Positions 45,076 through 54,868 of a DNA stretch of 64,000 nucleotides are shown here, one piece after another. Positions within the stretch are counted from its first letter, which is position 1. Each line of letters begins with the position of its first letter. The stretch is taken from the IMG/VR virus record IMGVR_UViG_2920551333_000002, positions 1 through 64,000 of that record. The stretch is one strand, 5' to 3'. The stretch comes from a virus. Lineage: Duplodnaviria; Caudoviricetes. The position numbers were made by a program, and so were the translations under genes. The notes under the pieces were generated by a model that saw only the letters and a program-made list of their open reading frames with translations, ran no database searches and had not been told where the DNA came from.

Positions 45076-47820
45076 TCACCTCCAGGCCCAGATATGGAAC
45101 GTCCGGCTCGGCGCGGGAGACCCAGCGGCCGGATCGTAGAAGAACAGGTCGCCGTTGCTGCGGGAATACAGCTGCATGTTCGTGGTCTGCTCGGCCGTGA
45201 ACACCACCTTCGGCACGGTCGGGAAGCTGTACCCGAGCACCACCTGGTAGTAGGTGGCGCCCTTCGTCGCCGTGACCGAAATCATGATCAGACCGGAGTC
45301 GTCGGCGTACATCCACGTGCCCCGGTGAAGCGTCCCCGCCTGGTCGAGCACAAGGAGCTGGTCCTGCTGCGTCGGGTGCGTCCACCCGATCGACGCCTGC
45401 CCCTCCACCGCCGACACCGCGCCGCCGCGCTGCTCACCGTTCGACGGGTTCAGGATCGCTGCCTGCCAGAAGCCGGCCGCGTGCGTCAGGCGGCACATCG
45501 CGGTGCCCGGCTGGTTGGTGCCCGACTCCATGATCAGGGTCGCCTCCCCTGTGAAGCGGCTACCGTCGCTGTAGATACGCGACTGGTTGATGCCGCTGCC
45601 AGGGATGAACCGGATCTCAGGGGCCGCCGCGCCCGCAGGGTTGACCACCACCCGCGCGCCCGTCACCCCGGACGCGAGCTGACCCACGATGGACACCGCC
45701 CCCGTGGCGGCCGAGATGCTGGCGGTCTGCTGGCCGGAGCCGTTGAACGCCGCCAGGCCCGAGCTGTTGAGCTCGACCCGAGAACCGGACGCGCTGCCCG
45801 CGACGACGCGGGTGGACAGCGTGAGCACCGCGGCGAGCTTGTCGGCCACCACCGCGCCGGCCTTGATGTGCTGCGCATCGACCGCGCCCACCGCGAGCTT
45901 GTCAGTAGTGACCGCGTTCGCGACCAGCGCGCCCGTCGTGATCGACTCGTTCGCGGCGTCGCCCTGGACGAGCTGCACCGCGGCGATCGTCGCCGACGCG
46001 GACGGAGCCGACTCGTTACCAGACCTGTCACGAGCGGTGAACCGGAACTGCCTGTCCGCGCCGTACGAGAGGCCCGGCACGAGAATCGCCCCGGCCTCCC
46101 CCAGCACGCCGATCTCCGACCAGCCGGGCGCAAGCGGGTCCTGTATCCACACGCGGACGTGCAGGAAGTCCGGCGGCATCGGCGCCGAGCCGACCCCGAG
46201 CCCGGACCAGGTCACCCGGACCACGCCGAGCCGCGTGGAGAGCTGCGGGGCGGTCGGTACGGGCGGCGCTTCGTCGTCGTCGGGGATCGTCACCGCCACC
46301 TGACTGGAGAACGGGCCGGTCTTGCCGACGTTCACCGCCCGGACCTTGAAGGCGTACGACTCGCCGCTGACGAGCGGCGAGTACGTGGCCGTGGTGTCGC
46401 CCGCCGGAGTGGAGGTGACGAGGAACCACGGCTGCCCCTGCTGGTTGATCCGCATGAACAGCTCGTAGCCGCCCACGGTGAGCGCGACCCCTCCGGCATC
46501 GGTGGTGACTGCGCCCCATGAGACCGTCACCTGCCCGTGCGGCAGCCCGTGCTCATCGATGTACGGCAGCGGGTTCACCAGCAGTCCGGTCGGGGCCGCC
46601 GGCGTGCGCGGCTCGGGCGCTTCCGGGCTCGGTTGCGCCCCTGACCCTCCGTCCGCCGTCGAACCGCCGACGATCCCGGCCGTCCGGCGGGCCAGCCGGA
46701 TGTCCCGCTCCAAGAACCGGTCGTTGAGGACGAGCGACCCGCCGAGCACGCCTGTCGAGGTGCGCGCCAACGTCACCTGCCGGACGCGCAGCGGCTCCAG
46801 AACTCCGCCGTCTCCTGGCGCGAGCACCCGGTCACCGGGCTGGTAGTCCTTCAGCGGCAACCAGCGTGCGCCGGGGATGACGATGCCTCGCGTTCGCTGC
46901 ACCCGCTCGCGCCCGGCGCGCTCGAGCGCGGATTGCGCGAGGATCGTCGCAGTGCCCTCGTCGGCGATGCCGCCCGCGCCGACGTACTGCTCCCACCGCC
47001 CCCACGGCTGCGCTGCAGCGGGGTTGGTGAACGTCTTCACCAGGCCGTGGTCCCCGACGAGCAGCACCGACGACGCCAGATCCTCCAGCGTCGCGTCGTC
47101 CGGCGCCTCCGCGATGTCGCGGCCGTATCGCAGGTCCACCGGGGCAGGTCCGGCCGCCAGGTCGTCGTTCAGCGTGTCAGGGTTGAACACCTGCAGCGTG
47201 CGGCCAGCCATGCGGAAGTCGCACACGCCCTGCTCGGCAAGGTTCTGCAGCGCCGTCAGCGCGTCCATGCCGGGCTGGTAGTAGATGTTGATGACCTTGT
47301 TCCAGGCGTGCCCTGCGCTGTCCTCGTCCGGGTTGAAGTCCCAGTTCAGGCCGGGTACCGCTTCGCGGCCCGGGGCCTTGGCCTCGGCGATGAACGTCTG
47401 CAGGATCTCGCCCGCCGTCGCGGAGAGGAACGCCCTCTTGCCGTCCACCAGCGGCACCGCACCGGGGTGGAGCACCACCTTACGGAGCATCCACACGAAG
47501 CCGGGCAGCTCGAACCTGAACAGCCCAGTCGAGTCGGAGCTGTCACCGCGGCGCTTGATGCGCAGGAACCGCGAGTCGGGCCCTTCGGTCCAGACGGTGC
47601 CGTCGACGCTCCACTCGACGGCGATCTCGCATGGCTGGTGGAGCAGGGCGGCGCCCACCGCGGTGGTGGTGTAGGTCAGCTTGAGCGACGGCACATCGTT
47701 CAAGGGCAAACCCGCCTCGAACGTCAGCGGGTGCGGGAGCACACCGAGCCGGCCACCGAAAGGCGCGTAGGCTACGAGTCGAAGATCAAACACCGGCCCC
47801 CTTGCCCATTCGATGGTCAC
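45076..47820 (-). CDS. Minor tail/tail-tip protein with FN3-like domains, copy 1
   Basis: Colinear paralog of 41720-44455; follows Dit. Confidence 0.8.
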   Translation of the reverse strand: MTIEWARGPVFDLRLVAYAPFGGRLGVLPHPLTFEAGLPLNDVPSLKLTYTTTAVGAALLHQPCEIAVEWSVDGTVWTEGPDSRFLRIKRRGDSSDSTGLFRFELPGFVWMLRKVVLHPGAVPLVDGKRAFLSATAGEILQTFIAEAKAPGREAVPGLNWDFNPDEDSAGHAWNKVINIYYQPGMDALTALQNLAEQGVCDFRMAGRTLQVFNPDTLNDDLAAGPAPVDLRYGRDIAEAPDDATLEDLASSVLLVGDHGLVKTFTNPAAAQPWGRWEQYVGAGGIADEGTATILAQSALERAGRERVQRTRGIVIPGARWLPLKDYQPGDRVLAPGDGGVLEPLRVRQVTLARTSTGVLGGSLVLNDRFLERDIRLARRTAGIVGGSTADGGSGAQPSPEAPEPRTPAAPTGLLVNPLPYIDEHGLPHGQVTVSWGAVTTDAGGVALTVGGYELFMRINQQGQPWFLVTSTPAGDTTATYSPLVSGESYAFKVRAVNVGKTGPFSSQVAVTIPDDDEAPPVPTAPQLSTRLGVVRVTWSGLGVGSAPMPPDFLHVRVWIQDPLAPGWSEIGVLGEAGAILVPGLSYGADRQFRFTARDRSGNESAPSASATIAAVQLVQGDAANESITTGALVANAVTTDKLAVGAVDAQHIKAGAVVADKLAAVLTLSTRVVAGSASGSRVELNSSGLAAFNGSGQQTASISAATGAVSIVGQLASGVTGARVVVNPAGAAAPEIRFIPGSGINQSRIYSDGSRFTGEATLIMESGTNQPGTAMCRLTHAAGFWQAAILNPSNGEQRGGAVSAVEGQASIGWTHPTQQDQLLVLDQAGTLHRGTWMYADDSGLIMISVTATKGATYYQVVLGYSFPTVPKVVFTAEQTTNMQLYSRSNGDLFFYDPAAGSPAPSRTFHIWAWR

Positions 47821-48074
47821 GGCTTCGGACAGCCGACGTCTCGCCCTGATTTCTGCAGATTCTCACGGAGATGACTCGCAGCGGCGTACGCTGATCGACA
47901 AAGCAGGTTGCGCGCAACCTCACATCGATGGACGCTTCCCTGAGATCATCACCTGCTTAGCGGCTATCAGGTGGTGAAGCTTCTAATTGCACACTTCGGC
48001 CGGGTCGGCACATCCGGCATTCTTCGTTGCTCAGCCTTGATACTGCATATCAACGATAGGAGGATCCTCCTGAG

Positions 48075-49052
48075 ATGGCTTCGCCCCACGACTTCATCGC
48101 CGCTATCCGGCGCGAGTTAAACCGCCTCGATGCCCACTCCCTCAGCGCCACACTTCTCGCGCATCAGTACAAGATTATGAATCTGGTCGAGAATCCGCCT
48201 CTATCGGAGATCTCCGAGGTGGAGGTGATCGAGAATCTTGAGGAAATCGAATGGACTATCTCAAAGGTAGATAGTTCCGCCGCCGATTACGCCAACGAGG
48301 TCTCCCTACTACCCGGGTTTGGAGACCGTGACGTTCAAGCCCATCGCTATTCAGCCATCCTCCTAACCCAGAACCTGTTCCGACTCAAGCAGCGGACAGC
48401 CAACCTGCTGAATGTGCTGGGCGTTACAGACCATACTGGGCTGCTGGTGCCCGAGACAGAGTGGCTGCACTACCGTCCGCAATCCCAGCCTCCTGCAAGT
48501 ACGATCGAGGATGAGTTTGCAGATGCGCTAGACGAACTTAGCATCGGCTTCCCGGAAAACATGGCACGGCATGTCCCGTTAGTTCTCTATATCAAACACG
48601 GAGACCATCTGGCAGCGCGCCAAGCGATGAGAGACCTTGCTGAGGAGTACGGCAGCACCGAGGAGTTCCCACCCTTAGAAGGGTCGTTCTTTCAGCGGTT
48701 CCGCCTCTGGACGCAACGCCGGGGCGCTCAGGAACTTGGCGACGCCATGCGCCGCGTAGCCGAACTACCGCTAGAAGAACAGCAGGCCAACGTTAACTCT
48801 CTGAATGCCGAAGCAGTCAGCAAGCTCATCACCGCCCTCGACAACACCGAAACGGCCGCCGGACTCGTTGGCTCCATACTGGTGATCAAAGTCAACGGCG
48901 CCATGAACTTTCGCACCTTGACCAATCGCGAGATTATCTACCTCGGCCAGCATCCTGGGCTCATTCGGGATCCCGCGAGCATGCAGGTAGCGCTCGACGC
49001 GCTAGCGATTGAGGCTAACGACCCTGTCGAAAGCCGATGGCTGCAAGATTGA
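48075..49052 (+). CDS. Moron protein inserted antisense in the tail operon
   Basis: Lower GC; AGGAGG RBS; C-terminal domain similar to 7657-8364. Confidence 0.75.
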   Translation: MASPHDFIAAIRRELNRLDAHSLSATLLAHQYKIMNLVENPPLSEISEVEVIENLEEIEWTISKVDSSAADYANEVSLLPGFGDRDVQAHRYSAILLTQNLFRLKQRTANLLNVLGVTDHTGLLVPETEWLHYRPQSQPPASTIEDEFADALDELSIGFPENMARHVPLVLYIKHGDHLAARQAMRDLAEEYGSTEEFPPLEGSFFQRFRLWTQRRGAQELGDAMRRVAELPLEEQQANVNSLNAEAVSKLITALDNTETAAGLVGSILVIKVNGAMNFRTLTNREIIYLGQHPGLIRDPASMQVALDALAIEANDPVESRWLQD

Positions 49053-49262
49053 GTCAGTAATCAATGCCGATGATCTTGAGCCACAACCTATCCTGCCTCA
49101 CCATAATCGAGGGCATCGTGATCCTCCCTCTTCACGGCCCAAGCGACCTCCACATGACTCCGCCAGCGTCATGCTCGCCGCCGTGTGACCGCCAGAGCTC
49201 GACGCCGACCTCCTGGCGGAGCGGCTGACGGTCGCTGCTGCGCAGAGCCCCGCGCGAGCCGG

Positions 49263-50132
49263 TCATAGGTAGGCGCGCCGCGCCCTGATCTCCACCTTCG
49301 ACGAGGCGTTCGTGCTCGTGGCGGCTGTGGAGACCAGCACCGCACGGGAGAACGGGTCGTTAACCGCAACGGATGGCGTCAGGTGCAGCCAGCGGAACTG
49401 TGAGCCGGGGCCGATTGCGTCGATCTCCCCGGTCACGTCGTCCCCGCTGGCCAGGTTCCACGTGTCCGTGGTCACCTTCGCGGCCTGCATGCGGCCGCAG
49501 TCGATGATCAGCCGCTCCCCCGCCAGCAGGCCACCTGCGCGGAGCACCCATCCGCCCGTTGCGACGTCTCCGATGGACGGCTGCACGGCCGGGCCTGTGA
49601 AGCGCAGCAGCGCGTCCACGATGGGCCCGGTCGAGCCGGCGAGGCTGGTGACGGCCTGGGCGAGCTGGTTGGGCGCGCCCTCCCAGGTGGACTCGGTCTC
49701 GTCGCGCCACAGCGCGCCCGGCACCTCGACCACTGCGGTGAGTCGGGCGGTTGCGGCGCCGGTGTTGACCTCCGGTTCGGTGCTGGCCGTGATCTGCACG
49801 TCGGCGACGCGGACGAGGTTGCCCGCCTGGTAGCGGAGCTTCATCAGTCGGTGCCGCGTCCCAAGGAGCGCCGACAGCGCTTCCAGGTTGCGCTCCATCT
49901 GCTCATATCCGCCGTCCGCCCCCGCGGGGGTGGCCGAGCTGACCTTGAAGGCCAGGCCGAACGTCGTGGCCTCCAGGTCGAGGCCGACGACCGGGATGTC
50001 CCCGTGCCTGCCCGGCACGCTGACCTTGACGGCCCGCGCGCCGGGCAAGGGCCGCCTCTGCGTCCCCTTCTTGAGTCTCCAGCAGCCGGCCGGATGGTCC
50101 AGCGGCACGCCGTCGAGCGAGTAGCTAGGCAC
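49263..50132 (-). CDS. Distal tail protein (Dit-like)
   Basis: Immediately after tape measure; VPGRHG, GSTGPIVD, ends ARRAYL. Confidence 0.7.
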   Translation of the reverse strand: MPSYSLDGVPLDHPAGCWRLKKGTQRRPLPGARAVKVSVPGRHGDIPVVGLDLEATTFGLAFKVSSATPAGADGGYEQMERNLEALSALLGTRHRLMKLRYQAGNLVRVADVQITASTEPEVNTGAATARLTAVVEVPGALWRDETESTWEGAPNQLAQAVTSLAGSTGPIVDALLRFTGPAVQPSIGDVATGGWVLRAGGLLAGERLIIDCGRMQAAKVTTDTWNLASGDDVTGEIDAIGPGSQFRWLHLTPSVAVNDPFSRAVLVSTAATSTNASSKVEIRARRAYL

Positions 50133-50133
50133 C

Positions 50134-52503
50134 TCAGATCACTCCTATCGCGCCGACGTACTGGAGCGACCGGTTCACGCTCACGCTCGTGGGTTCGGCC
50201 TGCGGATAGTGGTTGGTCACGTTGACCACCGTGCGCGACAGTGCCCGGCCGCCGCCGAGTCCTTCGGGCACGTTGACCCCGGGTACTGACAGGTCTGGCA
50301 TCGCGGTCTTCGCAGTGAGCGCCGCCGCCTTCTTCACGGAGGAGACGACGAGTCCGCGGGTCTTGTCGATGCCGATCGACATGCCACGCATCATGAAGTG
50401 CCCGATCTGGGCAAACACGCGTGATGGTGAGTTGATGCCGAGGGCGTCCTTGGCGCTCTTGACGATGTTGGAAAAGAAGCCGCTGACCTTGGCGTACAGG
50501 TTGGAGGCCAGCGACTGGAGCTTGCCCCAGAAGCCGTCCACGACCGACTGGGCTACGCCCGCCATTACCGAACCTATGTTCGATACCGCGTTCTTGATCT
50601 TGCCTGGCAGATCACGGAAGAAGCCGACCAGCGTGGTTCCGAGCCACCTGCCAATACCGTTGACCAGGTCCGGAATGATGCTGTGCCCGATCAGCACGTT
50701 ATAGAACCACTGGAACTTGGCGACCACACGTTCGATCCAAGGAACGATGATGTTGATCACTTCCGCGACCTTGACGGCGAAAGTCGCAAAGCCTTGCGTG
50801 AGCTTCGTCAGGAGGCCGATCATCGGGGACGACTTCAGGACCTGCTCGACGAACTTGACCGCCAATTCGGTAAAGATCGGGAGAAGAGGCTCAATTGCCT
50901 TAAAAAGGGATGAAAAGGCAGGAAAGAGCTGATTCTGGAGAATTGGGACAAGTTCCAGGAAAGGCGGCAGCAATGCGGTGATCACCGTGGCCGCCAATTG
51001 TCCCAAAAGCGACAAAACGGGCTCCATGATCGGAGCGAGCGTCGCGAAGGCGGTCGAGATCAGCGACAGAACGGGAGCCAGCGCTTCCGCCAGCGCCGCG
51101 ATCAGCGGCCCAAGTAGTGCCGCCAGATTCGTGAGCGCGACACCCAGGGCCTGGCCGATAATGCCCGCAAGCTGGCCAATTACAGGAAGTAGTGGAGCGA
51201 CTGCGGCGAGTGCTGTCGACAGTCCCTGACCCAGCGCGAGCAAGCCCGCCTGCAGCTCAGGCGAAGCGAACGCCTTTGAAAGCATTTCCGCAATTAGCGT
51301 CAGTCCAGGACCGAGCGCGGCCAGAGCCGGCCCGAGCGCCGAGACCGCAGCCGCCAGCCCCGGACCCAAGGCCGTCGCGATGGACGCGATGTGCGGCGCG
51401 ACCTGCGCTGCCGCACCGGCCAGCGCCTTGAAGATCGGCATCAAGGCACTTCCGACAGCCGAAAGGCTCTGGAAGATCGTGACCAAGATCTTCTGGCCCT
51501 CAGCGCTCGACAGGAAGGCGTTGAGCTGATCAAGGAGCTGGCCCACCACGCCGAGCGCACCCTGCCCGCCCGACGACATCGCGGTGAAGATCGACTTTAT
51601 GATGCCGACGACGTCACCAGCGACCTGGCCGAGCTGCCGAAACACATCGACGGCGGTCTGCATCCAATTAAAAGCGGAACCGCTTTTAGCAGCATTTGAA
51701 AGAAACTCGCCGAACCTCGTCGCCGCCGAAGCGATACCAGGGGCCAGCCCGGACGAGAACTGGGCACCCACAACCGCGATGTCGCGAAAGCCCGCCAGGA
51801 CGGGCTCAATGGCAGGCCGCAGCGCGGCGACCGCCGACCGCAGCGACCCGAAGACACTCGTGATCGCCGACACCGTCGCCGAGGAGGACGCGAACCGTGC
51901 CACTGCCGCACCAGCGAGACCGAACTCCCCCGCAACGCCCTGCATCCCGCTGCGCAGCGGCCCAACCACGGCGTCCGCGACGGCCCGGATCTGCCCAGCC
52001 AGCGGCGCGAAGAACGCGTCCTGCACGGCGGACCGCAGCCCGTCCACGGCCGGCTTGACCGTGCGCAGCTCACGCGCAGCCGCCTGCGCCGCAGGTGACA
52101 GCCCCTTCAGACTCTCCTCGAACTTCTTCGGGTCGTCCCCCAGGGCCGCAGAGAAGGCGTCACCGACGCCGGTCAGCGCGATCTTGAGCGTGGCCAGCGC
52201 CGCCTGAGTCAGCGCGATCGCACCCGGCAGAGCAGCAACGATCCCGCCCGCCGGGGCCAACGCTGCAGCGAGACCGACCGCGCCCTGCGCGGCCGTCGCC
52301 ATCGAGGCCGCCAGGAAGGCAGCCTTGAGCGCCGCGCCGGTGAACTGTAGGCCCACCGACCCCGCGCGCTTGGCGAGGCCGCCGATGTCGATGTCGACCT
52401 TCTTCGCGGCCTCCCGGACAGAGGACATGAACCGGCGCACCGTGTGCGTGCCCCGATCCCGCACCTCGATCGTCGCGAACAACTCGCCGACATTCAGCGC
52501 CAC
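50134..52503 (-). CDS. Tape measure protein
   Basis: MALNVGELFATI; Ala/Gly/Leu amphipathic repeats; LIGHSIIPD; ALGINSPSRVF. Confidence 0.9.
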   Translation of the reverse strand: MALNVGELFATIEVRDRGTHTVRRFMSSVREAAKKVDIDIGGLAKRAGSVGLQFTGAALKAAFLAASMATAAQGAVGLAAALAPAGGIVAALPGAIALTQAALATLKIALTGVGDAFSAALGDDPKKFEESLKGLSPAAQAAARELRTVKPAVDGLRSAVQDAFFAPLAGQIRAVADAVVGPLRSGMQGVAGEFGLAGAAVARFASSSATVSAITSVFGSLRSAVAALRPAIEPVLAGFRDIAVVGAQFSSGLAPGIASAATRFGEFLSNAAKSGSAFNWMQTAVDVFRQLGQVAGDVVGIIKSIFTAMSSGGQGALGVVGQLLDQLNAFLSSAEGQKILVTIFQSLSAVGSALMPIFKALAGAAAQVAPHIASIATALGPGLAAAVSALGPALAALGPGLTLIAEMLSKAFASPELQAGLLALGQGLSTALAAVAPLLPVIGQLAGIIGQALGVALTNLAALLGPLIAALAEALAPVLSLISTAFATLAPIMEPVLSLLGQLAATVITALLPPFLELVPILQNQLFPAFSSLFKAIEPLLPIFTELAVKFVEQVLKSSPMIGLLTKLTQGFATFAVKVAEVINIIVPWIERVVAKFQWFYNVLIGHSIIPDLVNGIGRWLGTTLVGFFRDLPGKIKNAVSNIGSVMAGVAQSVVDGFWGKLQSLASNLYAKVSGFFSNIVKSAKDALGINSPSRVFAQIGHFMMRGMSIGIDKTRGLVVSSVKKAAALTAKTAMPDLSVPGVNVPEGLGGGRALSRTVVNVTNHYPQAEPTSVSVNRSLQYVGAIGVI
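51667..51690. promoter_or_regulatory. 24-bp pseudo-palindrome site inside tape measure gene
   Basis: ATTAAAAGCGGAACCGCTTTTAGC. Confidence 0.7.
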
Positions 52504-53195
52504 CGGGATTCACCTCCTGAGGTCTGGACTGGGGTGAAGCCAGCGGAACGCTGGTCAAGGACAGCCCGAGCGATGAACTCGGTGTAGGCGGGAGGAATCG
52601 CCTGCCGGATCTCCCGGCGGGCGCTGGTCCAGTCGATGCCCATGGCCTGCTGCCACTCGGCGACGGACCCCTTGCCACCGCCTTTGCCGTACACCGCGAT
52701 GTACGGGCCCTGGTGCCACTCGCCATGGCGGTAGCCGGCGACACGGCCGCGGTGCTGCGGATGCTCGGGCTGCTCGACGCGGATGCCGCCGAGCTCGAAC
52801 CATCGGTGCCGCAGCACCGCCAGCTCGGGGAACATCGCGCCGCACAGCATCAGGTCCCGCTTGATCGGCGCGGTCGGGACGTTCTCGATCACCCACGGCC
52901 GGCCGGTCGCCTCCAGAGCCCGCCGCGTCTCCGCGATGAGGTCCGGGTAGACACGGCGGCCCTGGTTCGTGCCGGTCGTCAACGTCGCGAACGCCTGACA
53001 CGGCGGCGACGCGTGGATCAGGTCAAACTCATGGCCGTGCGCGGCGATGTACTCGATCGCGTCGCCGCGCACGAACTCATCCCCGCAGTAGCGCGGCATC
53101 GGCCGGATATCCACGCCGACGACGTGGACCCCGACGCGCTGGTAGCCGCGAGTCGCCCCGCCCACACCACAGAACGCGTCAAGGACACGCCTCAC
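52494..53195 (-). CDS. Short C5 cytosine DNA methyltransferase-like protein
   Basis: VLDAFCGVGG, HASPPCQ, VIENV, RHRWFE, AIPPAYT. Confidence 0.85.
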   Translation of the reverse strand: MRRVLDAFCGVGGATRGYQRVGVHVVGVDIRPMPRYCGDEFVRGDAIEYIAAHGHEFDLIHASPPCQAFATLTTGTNQGRRVYPDLIAETRRALEATGRPWVIENVPTAPIKRDLMLCGAMFPELAVLRHRWFELGGIRVEQPEHPQHRGRVAGYRHGEWHQGPYIAVYGKGGGKGSVAEWQQAMGIDWTSARREIRQAIPPAYTEFIARAVLDQRSAGFTPVQTSGGESRWR

Positions 53196-53886
53196 CGCCG
53201 CCCCTCGGGGTCCAGCGAGCGGGCCAGCCGCGAGTCACACGTCAACAGTCCGAGCAGCCGCGCCCGCAGCCACCGCCACGACCGGGTCCGCAGCACGCCC
53301 GGCTCGCCGACGTCGATGCCGAACGTCTCGTGCAGGTCCGGCTCGACGAGCGCCCAACGGTTCAGGATGTCGTGCCAGGAGACGGTGCGGCCTTTCGAGA
53401 CCGAGAGGCCGTCGTCCGGGTCGTAGTAGTCGCGGATCCCCGAGATCGGGTCGATTTCGCCGCCGCGGCTGTCGCCCGGCGCGTCGCCCGATTCGGGGCC
53501 GGGGCTTCCCCCGTCGTACCGCCCGAGGCCCACACCTTCGCGGCAGCGTCCTTACCGGCCGCGATCCACACCAGCGCGGTCGCGCCGACGTGCTGGATCT
53601 TGGGCCAGCTCACCCCGTCCGCGCGCAGCTCGTCCCAGGTCGGGCCGAGGATGCGCTGGTACAGGTCGCGCTCCTCTTCGTCGTTCAGCACGACCTCGAC
53701 CAGCTCGGTGAGCTTGGGGTCGTCCACCGCCTGGCCCTGCTCGGCCGCCAGGCCGGCGTGCATGAGCCGCTGGCACAGCAGGCCGACCTCGGCGTCCGGG
53801 GCGGGGACGCGATACCACTTCCCGCCCACGGGGAGCGGCAGCGAGTCGTCGAAGAAGTCGTCGAGGTCCTGGAACTGGGTCGTCAC
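53192..53886 (-). CDS. Tail assembly chaperones G (53362-53886) and GT via -1 frameshift
   Basis: In-frame slippery G GGG GAA at 53512-53506; -1 frame continues to WALVEPDLHETFGIDV...RSWRWLRARLLGL, stop at 53192. Confidence 0.75.
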
Positions 53887-54359
53887 GGAGTGGCCACCGG
53901 GTTCTCGATCTCGATCGGTGCACCCTGCCCGAGGAGGGTGAAGTTGAAGGGCTCCAAGTCGGTGACCGACCCGCCCTTGGTGAACTCGCTGACGGTGCAG
54001 ACGCCCCGGTAGGCGTCCGGCGCGCCGTCCCGGCGGTACCACCTGACCGGGATGTTCGCGCCGAAGCCCACCTTCCGGGCGGCCTGCCGGATGGCTTCCT
54101 GACCCGGGTCGGCGGTGAACACCGCGGCGTCGGTCCGCTTGCGGCGGCCTTCGGCCTCGATCTGCCAGGTCCGGCCGGTCACGACCGAGGAACCCCAGCC
54201 CTCTTCGTCGTCGAAGTCGCCGTCGTCCTCCGTGTTATCGTCCGTGGTCTCCTGGAAGCTGGTGAGGCCCCGCACGGGGAGCCACGTAGGGTTCTCCAGG
54301 TCGGGCCCAGTGCCGACGTCGAGCTTCCAGTCCTTCGCGAGCAGGGAACGCAGCCCCAT
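53883..54359 (-). CDS. Major tail (tube) protein
   Basis: LAKDWKLDV...DDGDFDDEEGW...DPGQEAIR...FTLLGQG; synteny. Confidence 0.8.
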   Translation of the reverse strand: MGLRSLLAKDWKLDVGTGPDLENPTWLPVRGLTSFQETTDDNTEDDGDFDDEEGWGSSVVTGRTWQIEAEGRRKRTDAAVFTADPGQEAIRQAARKVGFGANIPVRWYRRDGAPDAYRGVCTVSEFTKGGSVTDLEPFNFTLLGQGAPIEIENPVATP

Positions 54360-54388
54360 GATCACTCCTTAAATGGGCATGCAAAAGC

Positions 54389-54412
54389 GCTGAAAGCGGA
54401 ACCGCTTTCAGC
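54389..54412. promoter_or_regulatory. 24-bp palindrome site upstream of tail tube gene
   Basis: GCTGAAAGCGG-AA-CCGCTTTCAGC, perfect 11-bp arms. Confidence 0.8.
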
Positions 54413-54424
54413 AGATGCGTCAGG

Positions 54425-54868
54425 TCAGCCGCGATGCGGCGACGGGCGATGAGCCATCAGGTCGAAAGAGTCCGCCCGCTCCCACCGGCCCGAGCTGTCG
54501 CGGCCGAGCGGAGCGACCAGCGTGCGGCGCGCGAGCAGCACGTGCACGCCCGTCGAGAGCGTGTGATTGGCCAGGCCGTGGATCGCGTCGAACACGTCGT
54601 CCGCGAGATCATCCACCAGCCGTGGGTCCGTCTTGGCGCGGAATCGGGCCTGCATCTGCACGGCCGAGTCCGGCTGCTCAACGTCGTCACCGTCCTGGCC
54701 CACGCCGTAAACCGCCAGCGCAATCGCGGTGTCCGGCTTGGCCGGAAGACCACCTATGGTGATCGCCGTCTGCTCGTCGGCGTAGATGCCGTTCGGGTTC
54801 CAGTCGGCTACGCCGGCCTCGCCGAGCAGGACCGCGAACCCGGTCAGCAGGTCGCGTGTCCAGCTCAC
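54425..54868 (-). CDS. Tail terminator/minor capsid-type protein
   Basis: Synteny; DDVFDAIHGL, PLGRDSSGRWE. Confidence 0.7.
   Translation of the reverse strand: MSWTRDLLTGFAVLLGEAGVADWNPNGIYADEQTAITIGGLPAKPDTAIALAVYGVGQDGDDVEQPDSAVQMQARFRAKTDPRLVDDLADDVFDAIHGLANHTLSTGVHVLLARRTLVAPLGRDSSGRWERADSFDLMAHRPSPHRG

Noticed and set aside
41720-47820. Diversity-generating retroelement or shufflon acting on the duplicated tail genes
   Set aside because: No reverse transcriptase or invertase in the window, no adenine-specific TR/VR pair noticed, and both copies are in the same orientation.
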